The notes beneath the pieces were generated by a model. The model ran no database searches. It was not told the DNA's origin and worked only from the letters and a program-made list of their open reading frames with translations. The translations under genes and the position numbers were made by a program. Below, in pieces: positions 11,940-24,767 of a stretch of 64,000 bases of DNA. Source of the stretch: Eledone cirrhosa (lineage: Eukaryota); contig OZ024746.1 in assembly GCA_964016885.1 (NCBI GenBank), forward strand, positions 64,356,001-64,420,000. The letters are read 5' to 3'. How positions within the stretch are numbered: the first letter of the stretch is position 1; each line of letters starts with the position of its first letter.

Positions 11940-12210
11940 ATTTCTGGAACCTTACTTATATACACCCAGTTAGAGGTATTTTAGGCATTCTGTAACTTTG
12001 TTGGTTTATATACACCTAGTCAGAGGTATTCTGTAACCTTTTGGTTTATATATACCCAGTCAGAAAGATTTTATAACCTTGTTGATTTATATATACCCAG
12101 TCAGAAATATTGGATAACCTTGTTGATTTATATACACTCAGAGTTATTGTATAACTTTATTTTTATTAATTTATATACACTGAGATATTTTATAACTTTG
12201 TTGATTTAAG
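11940..12210. repeat. Degenerate ~37-40-bp minisatellite, about 7 units
   Basis: Recurrent TAACYTTGTTGRTTTATATAYACCCAGTCAGAGGTATT. Confidence 0.8.
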
Positions 12211-13434
12211 AAAAAGCTAAAAAATAGGGATTAGGAAACAAGATGTTTTACCATTTATGTTTCTTTCATTTGTACAAATATATTTATTCTGACACGTGTA
12301 CAGCATATATACACACATCGGTATACATTGTATATATGATGTGTATGGAAAGCAGCTGGTCTTTTCAATTTTATGTTGAACTATATTTTCTGTGTTCTTG
12401 TTATGTTTAAAAGTAGCTTCGTGCTTCTGGGGGTGCTTCACTTGGCAGGTTTCTATGTATAGAATTTTGTATGGAAAATTAGTTATTCCATGGCTGTTTT
12501 CGAATTGAGCATCATTCTGTTATATATTTGTTGATGTTCTGGATCTTCATGTGCTGAGTTCAAATCTTGCTGGGGTCAACTTTGCCTTTCACCCTTCCGG
12601 GGTTGATAAAATAAAGTGTACCTGTCGTTTTAGGTCAATTAATTGACTAAACTCTCACCCAGTTGTTTGGCTTTGTGACTATATTTAAAATTATTATTGT
12701 ATGTCTCTGTACAATGAACAATGGATTTAACTTTGTTCTGAAATCAAGCCAGTTACATAATTATTTGATGACCACATTGCTGAACATTGAATGATTTTTG
12801 CAGGATCTCCACTCAGAGTATGATCAATTGTTTTTTTCTTTACCATTTTGTGGTGCTCTGCTGTGTTTTCAATTCAGGCAGATATAAACTGCAAACACTA
12901 TTATTATCTGGTCTGTGTTTTTGTGTTTGTATTTTATTAGGTAAACATCAATTTTTATTGTAGGTTGGATGATTTTTCCTAAAACTATTTCTCTGATCAT
13001 TTGTCTTCTCCTCCTCCTCCCCCTCCTCTCTTACCACCATCTCTCTCAATACCCCAATTGACAGTATATATGCCAAGTTTGTTTATTAATTTCTAACTCT
13101 AAAGCTTCCTTCCATTACAGTGCATATAGTGAATTAGTTAAATCTAGAAGTGAATGCAGTCAGTTTTTTAATCTTTACGTCTGTCTGTGTATATGCTTCT
13201 CTATATTTTTTCTTTTGTTCATACTTCAAGACTGTTTAAAGACTTTATTATTTGTAGTGTATTTTCTCTTGATGCATCGATTAATTTAACAGGAAATAAT
13301 GGTTTTCTTTGAAAATAAAGAAGATTATATGTATTTTGTTCTGAAAACTGAGTTAATCATAGATTTGATAAGATCTTGATAAAAGATGAGAGGACATATT
13401 AGATAACATTTCTTGAAAAGAAGAACCTTTATAT

Positions 13435-13778
13435 TTATGTGGTAATAAGCATCACTGTTTTCTTTCACACACCAATGTTTTGGTAAATTACAGAGCTATT
13501 CTATATTTTGCCTTTTTCTTTGGGAATGTGTGCTTCAAAACATTGTTTGTTGTTTAACTCCGATCAACTTTGATTGAATAGACTTATAACCAACAGCAGC
13601 CATAAACACCCCATCAGACATAGAATATCGAAGAGTATTCTATCTAATGTATCTTTTTTTTTAGGCTGTAGGGTGTGATTTGGGTGGGTGATTTCATTGT
13701 GGCTTCCACATTGACATGAGGTTCTAAATATTGAGACTTGACCTCAGCTGCTAGTATTGCAAATGAATAAAGCACACA
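13435..13778 (+). repeat. Copy 2 of ~345-bp direct duplication
   Basis: Matches 11220-11565. Confidence 0.95.
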
Positions 13779-14004
13779 GAGACAGAGATAAACACACACA
13801 CATTTAGTGATATATTTAGAGGTGGTAATTAAATTATGAAATTTTATTAGAGAATATAGTTTGAAATTGTAATTAGTAGCTTTTATCACTGATAAGAATG
13901 TTGGTTGTGTGAATGAAATAATAGTTACAAACAATTGAAACCAGTTACTGAATTTTGGTACATTGAAGATTTACTATTTGCACTGCAGTGCCCATTGGTC
14001 ATCA

Positions 14005-14990
14005 TAATTGTTTGTAAGATAGGCACAAGGTTAGTTAATTATATTGATCCCAAGTATTTGACTGGGGTTTTATTTTATTGACCTTAGAAGGATGAAAAGG
14101 AATGTTGAACACAGAATGGTAAAGAACCATAACAAAGTAAGACAAGGTATTTCCTCCGACTCTCTATAATTATTCTGTCTGTCTATCATCATAATAATGG
14201 TTTCTAACATAGACACAAGGCCAGTAATTTTGGAGGGATGAAAAATTCAGTTGAATCAACCTCAGTACTGGATTGGTACTTTATTTTATCAACCCTAGAA
14301 GTTTGAAAAGTAAAGTTGATTTTGGCAGGATTTAAACTCAGAATGTAAAAGGACTGTAACAAATACTACAAGACAATTTGTCCAATGTTTTAACAATTCT
14401 GCCAATGCACCAGCCTAATCCCCTGTCATAATAACTGCTTCTACTTTTGACACAAGGCCGGCAATTTGAAGGGAAGGGAAATGTTGTTGAAATTGACCCC
14501 AGTGCGATACTGGTACTTTATTTTATCAACCCTGTAAGGATGAAAGGCAAAGTTAATTTCAGTGGGATATGAACTCAGAATGTAAAGGGTCATAACTATA
14601 TGCCACAAAATATGTCCACTGCTCTACTGATACTGCCAATCCACTGCCTTCACTGTCATAATAATAATTTCTGATTTAGGCACAAGGTCAACACATTTTG
14701 GGGGAAGGGAAAGACAATTAAATTGACGCCAGTACATTACTGGTACTTTATTTTATCGACTCTGTAAGGATGAAAAGTAAAGCTAACCTTGGCAGGGTTT
14801 GAACTCAGAATGGAAAAGGCTGTAAATAATGGTTTCTGATTTAGGTACAAGGGCAACAATGTTATGGGAGGGGAAAGTCTATTAAATCGACCCCAATGCG
14901 TAACTGGTGCTTTTATTGACCCCTGTAAGGATGAAAGGCAAGGCTAACCTCGGCAGGATTTGAACTCAGAATGTAAAGGGCCGTAAATAA
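14005..14990 (-). mobile_element. Cluster of 5 co-oriented Meta-SINEs
   Basis: Repeated GGCACAAGG...ACTGGTACTTTATTTTATC...GGATGAAAGGCAAAG...GAACTCAGAATG; TSD-like CTGTCATAATAA at ~14423 and ~14653. Confidence 0.85.
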
Positions 14991-15860
14991 TAAAAATAAT
15001 AAAAGCTTAATGAATACAGCTTCTTGTAGTCATCAATCGAATTTTGTTAAGTGAGAGCAATCAATGATGCTCATTAATTTGTTAGATATTGTGGGTAGTG
15101 TAAGTTCATAATCTTTACTTTATCTTTGGATTTTTTCCTTATGTACTGGCATGGATGTGCACAATTATATCATGTTTCTCGAACTAATTGAAGACATATC
15201 TCTTTAACTAGATATCAGACAAGCCATTCTTTTAGATTGCTATTATTCGTGTGAACTCCTCCTCATACAGTCATACATAATTAGCTGCCTAATTAATACA
15301 TGCTTATATAATTGGATGTGTTGAGTTCATGGAGACATTTTGTACACGTTTTGTTTTCTCTATTGTTTCTTTAGAAAATGTGTCTTCTTCATGAAATGAA
15401 GGAAACCTATAAAATTAGCGCTGTTTATTTTGGTCTTTTGTTTTTCTTTTGGAAAGTGTGTATTCTTTTACCAGTTTCAGTTATTGAACTGAAACCAACC
15501 TGGGACGGAATTATCAAAGGTTTTTAGTTGATTATATTAACTTCAATACACTTTCTGATATTTATTTCTTTTTTTTTACGTTGGGTTGTATGATCAGAAA
15601 GTTGATATTAACTTGGACATAGATGGACAACAAAACGCCACAAGACTATATTTGATTTTTCTGCCCCCCCCCCCCCCCCTCTACTGATATTCACACATCC
15701 CACACATACACACACACACACTCTCTCTCTCTGTATGTTTTTATCTGTCTGTCTCTCCCTCAACCAAATTTCATAAACAAGATCAGAGACTATGGTAGAT
15801 GACATTTGCCCATGGTGCTGTTGCACACTGAGATTGAAACTGCAACCATGAGATTGTAAA

Positions 15861-16722
15861 GTAGACATCTTAAACACATAGCTAGTCTCTACCAACATAT
15901 GGATGATAAATATCTTAAACATATAACTATGTCTCTACCAACATATAGATGATAAACATCTTAAACACATAGCTATGTCATTACCTACATATAGATGATA
16001 AACATCTTAAACACATAGTTATGTCTCTACCTACATATAGATAATAAACATCTTAAACACATAGCTATGTCTCTACCAATATATAGATAATAAACATCTT
16101 AAACACATAGTTAATAAACATCTTAAACACATAGTTATGTCTCTATCAACATATAAATAATAAACATCTTAAACACATAGCTAGTCTCTATCAACATATA
16201 GATAATAAACATATTAAACACATAGTTATGTCTTTACCTACATATAGATAATAAACATCTTAAACACATAGTTATGTCTCTACCTACATATAGATAATAG
16301 ACATCTTAAACACAAAGTTATGTCTCTACCTACATATAGATAATAAACATCTTAAACACATAGTTATGTCTCTACCTACATATAGATAATAAACATCTTA
16401 AACACATAGTTATGTCTCTACCTACATATAGATAATAAACATCTTAAACACAAAGTTATGTCTCTACCTGCATATAGATAATAAACATCTTAAACACATA
16501 GTTATGTCTCTACCTACATATAGATAATAAACATCTTAAACACATAGTTATGTCTCTACCTACATATAGATAATAAACATCTTAAACACATAGTTATGTC
16601 TCTATCAACATATAGATGATAAACATCTTAAACACATAGCTATGTCTTTACCAACATATAGATGATAAACATCTTAAACACATAGCTATGTCTTTACCAA
16701 CATATAGATGATAAACATCTTA
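15861..16722. repeat. 46-bp minisatellite, about 18-19 units
   Basis: Unit ATAAACATCTTAAACACATAGTTATGTCTCTACCTACATATAGATA. Confidence 0.97.
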
Positions 16723-16723
16723 A

Positions 16724-16940
16724 TCCTTTAGCATTTAAACCGACCATAGCCGACCAGAATTCTCTCACCTCTTTCTGTTCAAACCGGCTGTAACTGGCCA
16801 CTCATACTGTTATAGCATTGTGCTCAAAATAAATAATATCAATATCTTATAGATTCAATATTATGTGAGATATTGTGTGAGTTAAAGCCTTTACTGTGAA
16901 AATACAATAGTAAATATAGAGTAATGTAAATACTAGAGGG
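16724..16940 (+). mobile_element. piggyBac-like MITE family 1
   Basis: TTAA at 16720-16723 and 16941-16944; TIR (C)CCTTTAGCATTTA / TAAATACTAGAGGG. Confidence 0.85.
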
Positions 16941-17337
16941 TTAAATACAGTTATGTCTTTACCTACACATGGATGTAAATTAAATGATTATTTTCTCCAA
17001 CTATTTGATACTTTGGGACAATTTGCATATTTATCATATAATTACAACTTTATAACTATTCTGTTTCCCAATATATATTTTAATGTCTCTAATACATTTT
17101 TCATGAAGACAAGCATGGAAAAATGGTAAAAGAATTTGTTTTGTTATCATGATATCCTATGTTTGATTCCCTAATGTTGCATCTTAGGCAAATGTCATTT
17201 ACCATAACATCAAGTCAGCGAAATTGGGTAGACAGAAACTGTGTGGAAGCCCATTGAATGGGCTGTAGATGTAATTCAAAGGACCTGCTTTGTAACACAT
17301 AGCTACATAATTTTTTTTCCTCTGAGAATTGCATGAA

Positions 17338-17557
17338 CCCTCTAGCATTTACATTACTCTGTATTTACTATTGCTTTTTTGTGGTAGAGGCTTTACATCA
17401 CATAATTATCTCACATAATATCGAATCTATGAGATTTTGATGATATTTATTTTTAGAAAAATACCTTAACATAAGTATGAGTGGCCAGTTATGGCTGGTT
17501 TGAACAGAAAGCGGTGAGAGAATCTGGCCGGATATAGCTGGTTTAAATGTTAAAGAG
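17338..17557 (-). mobile_element. piggyBac-like MITE family 1, inverted relative to the 16724 copy
   Basis: CCCTCTAGCATTTACATTACTC...TAAATGTTAAAGAG followed by TTAA. Confidence 0.85.
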
Positions 17558-17874
17558 TTAAAGGTGCAGATGTCTTTGGAATACTTAGGCGCCTACACAC
17601 TAATTCAATGGCTTGGCAGTTCAGTTAATTGAACACTTGAAACCAGTCTGCATTCATTTACAACACAACTTCTATCCATAGAGGTACAATGTTTGCTGGG
17701 TAGGTAAATATTTCCTAAACTTGACCATTACATCTTGAAATCTGCTACTGCAGTACAGTACTTACCTTCATGAGATGGTAAATTAAACTTAAGAAAATAT
17801 ATATTGATTTCATTTTAGATTCTTGCTCTAAAATTCTCCAAGTCATTCTGCATATGTGTGTGACACACGCACAG

Positions 17875-17908
<34 letters not shown>

Positions 17909-18943
17909 GTGTGTGTGTCTGTAGGTATATGTATGTACACACATATAAATGTATATGATACATATCATCATCACCGTTTAATGTCTATATACATATATAT
18001 AGAGGGAGAGACAGACACACAACACACAGAGACATGTGTGTACATGTGTATGATATCTTTTACGTTTGAAATTTACTTTCCACGTGTCTGAACTTGTTGG
18101 TCATTAGCTGATCAATAAATCATTTGACTGTAATTGATAATGGTTGCTAATGACAACTGCTGTTCCCCACAGAATAGTTCACATACCTAGTAACTGCTCT
18201 GTTTGGGGAGACTTTGATTTTACTAACAACATGCTACCCAGTTTACCAATCTCTCTTACACATTCTTTCTGACTCTATCGTAATTGTTGCCTGTAGCTTA
18301 ATATAGATATTTTCTCAAGTTTTACAAGACAGTATTTAGTATGGTCAAAAATAGCAATAAGAGAAAAAAATATATTTTGAAGCCCATTTTTTTTTTTTTA
18401 ACCAGGAAAATGTATAATCATACACATTTTCCAAAATAAAAAAAAAACTTAGGCAATCATATATATATCTCTGAGGTACAGTTGGTATCAACTTGATTGC
18501 TAATTGTCTTCTCTATCATCATCAACACGATGTGTAGTGAATCAAAATCAACTCCAGTGCGCCATGTTTGGTAATATTTTAGGTGTGTAATGTGATTGTA
18601 TATAGACCTAACACTGGGAAGTGTGTATATATACAATGATATTAAATAAATGGAAACTATATTTATAAAACCATATTTATTTTATTATATATATTTCAAG
18701 GGTACCAATACAACATTGGTATGCTTTCATCAGATAAAATACAAAGTTTGTTTTATAAATAGAGACATACCCATGAAAATCATACCTTATCGGTTGGAAA
18801 TTCACTGGATAGTGGAAATATATTAGGGATATTTCAAACTTATGTGTGAATATGCAAATGAATATGTAAATAATATAAACATTTATATTTGTCAGACTTC
18901 CAACAAATTAATACTCCTTCTACTTATATATATAAATATATAT

Positions 18944-19268
18944 GGAGGCACATGGCTGGCAATCGAAAGGTTGTGAGTTCAATTCTCAGACCGGGTGATG
19001 TGTTGTTTCCTTGAGCAAGACACTTTATTTCACATTCCTCCAGTTTACTCAGCTGTAGAAATGAGATGATAGGGACTGGGGTCCCTATCATTCCACTGCA
19101 AAGTGGTCGTGGAGGTGCCACGGCAAAAAAGCACCCAGCCCACACTGTAAATGAGGTTGGTGTTAGGAAGAGCATCCAGCTGTAGAAATCAAGCCAAAAT
19201 CAGTTCCCGTCCCACCCTTGCAAGCAGGGAAAAAGCGGACTTAGAAAAAAAAAAACCGAAATGATGAT
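18944..19268 (+). mobile_element. CORE-SINE with RTE-derived body and 3' tail (module A)
   Basis: tRNA head with a small deletion, B-box GAGTTCAATTC, CORE, GGAAGAGCATCCAGCTG, tail CCCACCCTTGCAAGCAGGGAAAA. Confidence 0.9.
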
Positions 19269-20730
19269 TATATATATATATATTATCAGTTTGTGTTTAT
19301 ATATAGGACATATTGAGAAGTATATATATATATATATGATCAATATGTGATTGTATATAGACATAACATTGTGAAGTGTATATGTATATTATATAGACAT
19401 AACATTGAGGGCTGTATATGTATATGACCAGTTTGTGATTGTGAGCAGTTGCTAGGTGTATACCATTAACCTGAATGAGATTCTTTTACTACCTATTGTG
19501 GTGTCTGTTGCTGGTGGAAGTAAAGGGCTAAAACCCTATACAATTGTTGTTGTTGTTGGTAGTGGTTGTTGGTGATAAAGGTGGTCACAGCAACAGTGGC
19601 AGTGGTGGTGGAGAAATATTGAGGATACATTATCAAATGTCTTTTTAAAAGACACCTGATTATGTTGGGGCTCCCTCATTGGCACAATGAGATTGGCAGT
19701 TAAATAGATATGCTAAAATTTTTTTTGTTCATTTTTTTTCAGACTGCTACCATTGATACTTAACTTCCCATTTCTGTAGCATAATTCCATTGATAGACAG
19801 CCTTCTCTTTTCTAAGATAGAGCTCTGTATTCTGATCATAAGACTTTTTGATACCATTTAATGTTTTGGTAGTTAATCCATTTATTGATTTTTCATTTAG
19901 ATTATGTTGAATATTGATGAAAGATCAAGAAATAGTTAACATTGAAAATGATAATGATGTAAAAATACTGTTACTTCAGCCATCCCCTTTTTCCATAAAG
20001 AAGGTACAGATTTCCAACTGGGAAACAAAGCAAGATCATTAGAGTTTAGATGAAGACAAATGTGTTAAATTAATGTACTAAACATTGATAAGAATGTTCC
20101 AGATTTTCACTTCTGCTTCTAGATTAAATGAATAGAATATATGGTTCAGATTGTTTTCTTGTCAGTTGTCAGTTTATAATTATTCCTTAATTGGGATTGA
20201 ATGATGATTAATACATAAATATGAGGATTGTCCCCAAACTAAGGGTAATGACTTTCCTATGTATGACATGGTAAAGCAGCCCCTTGTTGTATATAGTTGT
20301 GTTGGTTATGACCCTGGCTGCACATGCATACTTGTTTCAATATGATTGATTGAGTGAGTCATGAATTATTGCTGTTTATGTTCAGATGTTTTTATAGCTA
20401 GTTAGATTTGCAATGCAGGAAAATATTGAACAACCATCTCTACTGAGATCTTTAGTCCTAGGTTATGGAAGATAGCTATTAATTCTTTACAAAATTTATC
20501 TAAGGTAAGGCCAGGCTGTCCTCCAGTATATATCAATGGTGTGGTGAAGGAATTTATTCTTTAGTATATCAAGAATATATAATCAAACCAGGTCACACTT
20601 ATCAGCACTGTTGAATGGTCCCATCAAGACATAAATTGGATCTTCTAGTTGAAATTTCTATACCCGTATAGATCTGTTGTGAAAAGCAGCGCAGGCCTGT
20701 ATAATAACGTGTGTGTGTGTGTGTATGTGC

Positions 20731-20801
<71 letters not shown>

Positions 20802-21055
20802 GTTTCTGATGGTTAACATTGGCCATGTACATGTGTTCAAATTCCAGTTTAGTACTAAAATGGGTATATTTGAATACACCCAAACCTCAAACATGTTTGG
20901 CTTTGAATTTAGAAATCAAGATTTATTATACATTTCTTTTCTTTTTTTTTTACAATATTTATTGTCGTTTAACTTCAGGACATGCTTGATTGAGCAGAAC
21001 TACAATGAAAGGTGTATAGACCTTATCTTTTTTTTTTATTCATTTGTATCTAGGT

Positions 21056-21388
21056 GGAGGCACATGGCTTAGTGGTTAGAGCCTTGCAATCGAAAGGTTG
21101 TGAGTTCAATTCTCAGACCGGGTGATGTGTTGTTTCCTTGAGCAAGACACTTTATTTCACATTGCTCCAGTTTACTCAGCTGTAGAAATGAGATGATAGG
21201 ACTGGGGTCCCTATCATTCCACTGCAAAGTGGTCGTGAAGGTGCCATGGAAAAAAAGCACCCAGCACTCACTGTAAATGAGGTTGGTGTTAGGAAGGGCA
21301 TCCAGCTGTAGAAATCAAGCCAGAATCAGTTCCCGTCCCACCCTTGCAAGCAGGGAAAAGTAGACGTAAAATGATGATGATGATGATG
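21056..21388 (+). mobile_element. Full-length CORE/RTE-tail SINE (module A)
   Basis: A-box TGGCTTAGTGG, B-box GAGTTCAATTC, RTE 3' end plus (ATG)n. Inserted in an older repeat (20960-21480). Confidence 0.92.
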
Positions 21389-22639
21389 TCTATTTAATGT
21401 GTCCTTTCCCTTAAGAGATAGTTGTGTGTGATTTCAATGCTATTAGTAGGTTGAGTGACTTACATGTAGACTCCTCTGTTAGCTTATTTTGGAAATATTT
21501 TGATTCTATTTGGTATAGAAGATAGGATTTATAATCATTTTTATCAGATGTGATTCACATACTTGTTATTTCTGTGCAACTGATCGTAAGCATCTTTCTG
21601 TCACTTGGGAGGCAATAAACAAGAGCTATAATTTTACATATACATGTTTATCGAATGAAGATTTCAATAATCTTGTTCAGTATTGAATTTATCAAATGAT
21701 AGCTACAAATACAAGAACATCTTACATTGCCTCTTTTCTTTGGCTGTATCTTACATAACAAGCATTGCTTTATAGACAATTTTAGACAAGTTATGCATTT
21801 ATAAATATGGACACACAAATTGCTGACATATAGACAGTCTTATATATTTCTTATATTCATCAAATGCTATTTATTTGATTAAAAGACAAAGTATATTTGC
21901 AGGTTTGTTCAAAAGTGAAACTTGTCTAAAATTTTGCAAGTTTTAAATGTTTATATTTAGAAACCAGTTTCTATTCAGTCATTATTGAATGGAATTTCGC
22001 AGATTTGTATGAAGAGAATAATCTCACAAAATATAGACAGGCATTTTTCAATCTGTCATTCCTGTCGCGATAAATTGTTATAAAGGAGCAGATATATAAG
22101 TAAGATATATAGTTTTGTTATTGGATTGCTATTGTGAGGCAGAAGAAATTACAATAAAGTTGATAGCAGACAACTCACACTTATTATAACTGTTTTACAC
22201 ATTCACACACTCACATGCACACACACATGCACACACACACTCACACATACATGACAGGCTTCTGCATAGTTTTTCTGCCAATTTTTACTCAAATGGCAGA
22301 AGTCAGTTTAAGGCTATTGTAGAAAACACTTACCCAACATGACACACAATATGACTAAACCTGAAATCACATGGATGTGAAGCAAACTTCTTAACTACAG
22401 CCATATCTTCACCATGTGCATACACATTAGATATGTGTGCAATTTCTTATCGCTGGAGTTATTAGATATCTAACATTATAATCACTATCAGACTATATTC
22501 TGCTTTAGTATAATCTGGGACTTTGTCCTCATTGTTGGATTATAATACATGAAGTTTCTTGGTCAGGCTATGTAGCATTGAGTTTATTGTACAGTACAGT
22601 CTCTGCCTATCATGGTGTGTTTGGCAGTTTAGTGGTGAC

Positions 22640-23590
22640 CTACTATAAGGGTTGGCTTTAGGAAGAGCATCCAGCCATGAAACACTGCCTCAAAATATTC
22701 TATAAAACTCATGTCTGCATAAAAAAGTAACCATAAAAATGATGATGATACCACCAATCTCACATGTACCCCACATAGCTACACAGCACTGCTTTCAAAA
22801 AGTGTATTCCACAAAGTAACATATGAAATGTAATTCAGTACACTCTGTAAAGAGGTTAGTGATATGAAGAGCAACCATCTGTAGAAAACCTGTCAAACAA
22901 AGAATTAGGAAGACTCTTTAGTTGTGTCAAAGATATGACAATCTTCCAAGTGCGGGTGTCATGATAAAATGCACTCAGTGTTAGAATGTATGTAAGCATG
23001 ATGCAGGCCTTTAGCCTGTCTGAGCACTTTAGAAGGGTGCAGGTATGTATGTAAATAAGATGCAAGCTCTTGGTATATCTGAGAGGTTAGTTACTCTGCT
23101 TGAACATTGAATTGGTCTGTGATAACTGATCCAACTGTTGCTAGTAGGAAGATCGGACATTAAGTAATGATGATTACAAAACTGAAATAAATAATCTGTA
23201 CTGTGGCCCACTGAAAAATGACATGTCAACAGGATTCACAAGAGAAATAAAACTCAAAACTAAACAGAAATAACAAAGAGAAACAGATTCTGGAAGACAT
23301 TTGTATCCAATTGCATAGAAAGAAATTAGCTGGATTTACAACAACCCACATGGCATCATACATAGTAATAACAATTTTGAGGAATGGCAGTTGTGTAAAG
23401 AAGTGCCAAACAATTGAAGTAAAAGCAACCTATGGAAAAAGAAGACTTGAGAAAAAGTTGTGAAAGTTGATCTTAGAAAGTTGAACCTCTTGAAGTAGAT
23501 GACAAAGAACCACTGTAAATAGTGAGATGTTGTACAGGTGAAGCCCTGTCCAACCCATACAAGTTTGGAAAAACAGATATGAAATGACAA
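22640..23590 (+). mobile_element. Highly decayed RTE-related fragments
   Basis: GGAAGAGCATCCAGCC motif and RTE 3'-like AAGAAGACTTG...GATCTTAGAAAGTTGAACCTC...CCAACCCATACAAGTTTGGAAAAAC. Confidence 0.6.
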
Positions 23591-24027
23591 TGCACACACA
23601 CTAAACATATTTGAAATTGAATTTAATGAATTTTTTGAAAATTGTTCACATATATTAAATGTAAATGGCTGAAATCTAATGAATATTGAGGTCAAAGTTG
23701 AGAAATATTTCATCTAGTCTTGTAGTTTGAGTAGTTGATGAAACCTGTTATTTATAGATACATATGGTAGCAGTGTGTCATTATATCGCAATTTGACTGT
23801 ATACAGGCTATTTTCAACAATTGTTTCTACATGTTTCTGGGACCAGTAAGCAATGGTGATGAGAAACATTCAGAGCAAAATAAATCTGAAAGTATGTGGC
23901 TCTCTGACAATAGCTAATATCAATGCTTGGTCACCTAAATATTTTAAACTTAAATTACTTCAGATAACTTAGAACACTGAAGCATCTTTTTTCCTTTATT
24001 TTCTCAAATGACAGTTGTTGAATTTAA

Positions 24028-24242
24028 CCCTTTAGCATTTAAACCGAAACCGGCCATATCCGGCCAGAATTCTCTCACCTCTTTTTGTTCAAACTGGCCA
24101 CTTATACCTATATTAAGGTATTGTTCTTAAAATAAATAACATCAAAATCTCGTATATTTAATATTATGTAAAATAATTATGAGGTAAAGCCTTTACCATA
24201 AAAATGCAATAGTAAATATAGAGTAATGTAAATGATAAAGGG
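24028..24242 (+). mobile_element. piggyBac-like MITE family 1
   Basis: TTAA-CCCTTTAGCATTTA...TAAATGATAAAGGG-TTAA. Confidence 0.9.
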
Positions 24243-24371
24243 TTAACAGACAGAATGGTTATTATTTCATATTGGTCATAATGATGAAAAAGAGATTATG
24301 TGGTGTATGTTTTAGGCAGATTTAACTCATAACAAGAACTTAGAGGAGTTAGATCAGATATAGGTATAGTA

Positions 24372-24767
24372 ATAATTGTTTCTACTTTTGGCACAAAGCC
24401 AGCAATTACCCAGTGCATTACTGGTACTTTATTTTATCGACCCCGTAAGGATGAAAGGTAAAGTTAACCTCGGCGGGATTTAAACTCAGAATGGCAAGGG
24501 CCGTAATTCTATGTGTCAAAGCATGGTGTCTGACCCTCTACCGATACTGCCAACATCATTATTATAGGTATTGTAATAATTGTTTCTACTTTTGGCATAA
24601 GGCCAGCAATTACCCAGTGCATTACTGGTACTTTATTTTATTGACCCCGGAAGGATGAAAGGCAAAGTTAACCTCGGCGGGATTTGAACTCAGATCATAC
24701 AGGGAGGTAACTCTATGCTTCAAAGCATGGCATCCGACCCTCTACCGATACTGCCAATCCACCGCCT
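24372..24767 (-). mobile_element. Two tandem young Meta-SINEs sharing a triplicated 18-bp TSD
   Basis: TATAGGTATWGTAATAAT at 24359, 24563 and 24767. Confidence 0.9.

Noticed and set aside
15861-16722. CRISPR array
   Set aside because: Head-to-tail units without unique spacers.
19901-20510. Candidate + strand exons (acceptor ~19900, donors ~20004 and ~20504)
   Set aside because: Frames contain stops and show no homology; splice-like motifs are common in AT-rich DNA.
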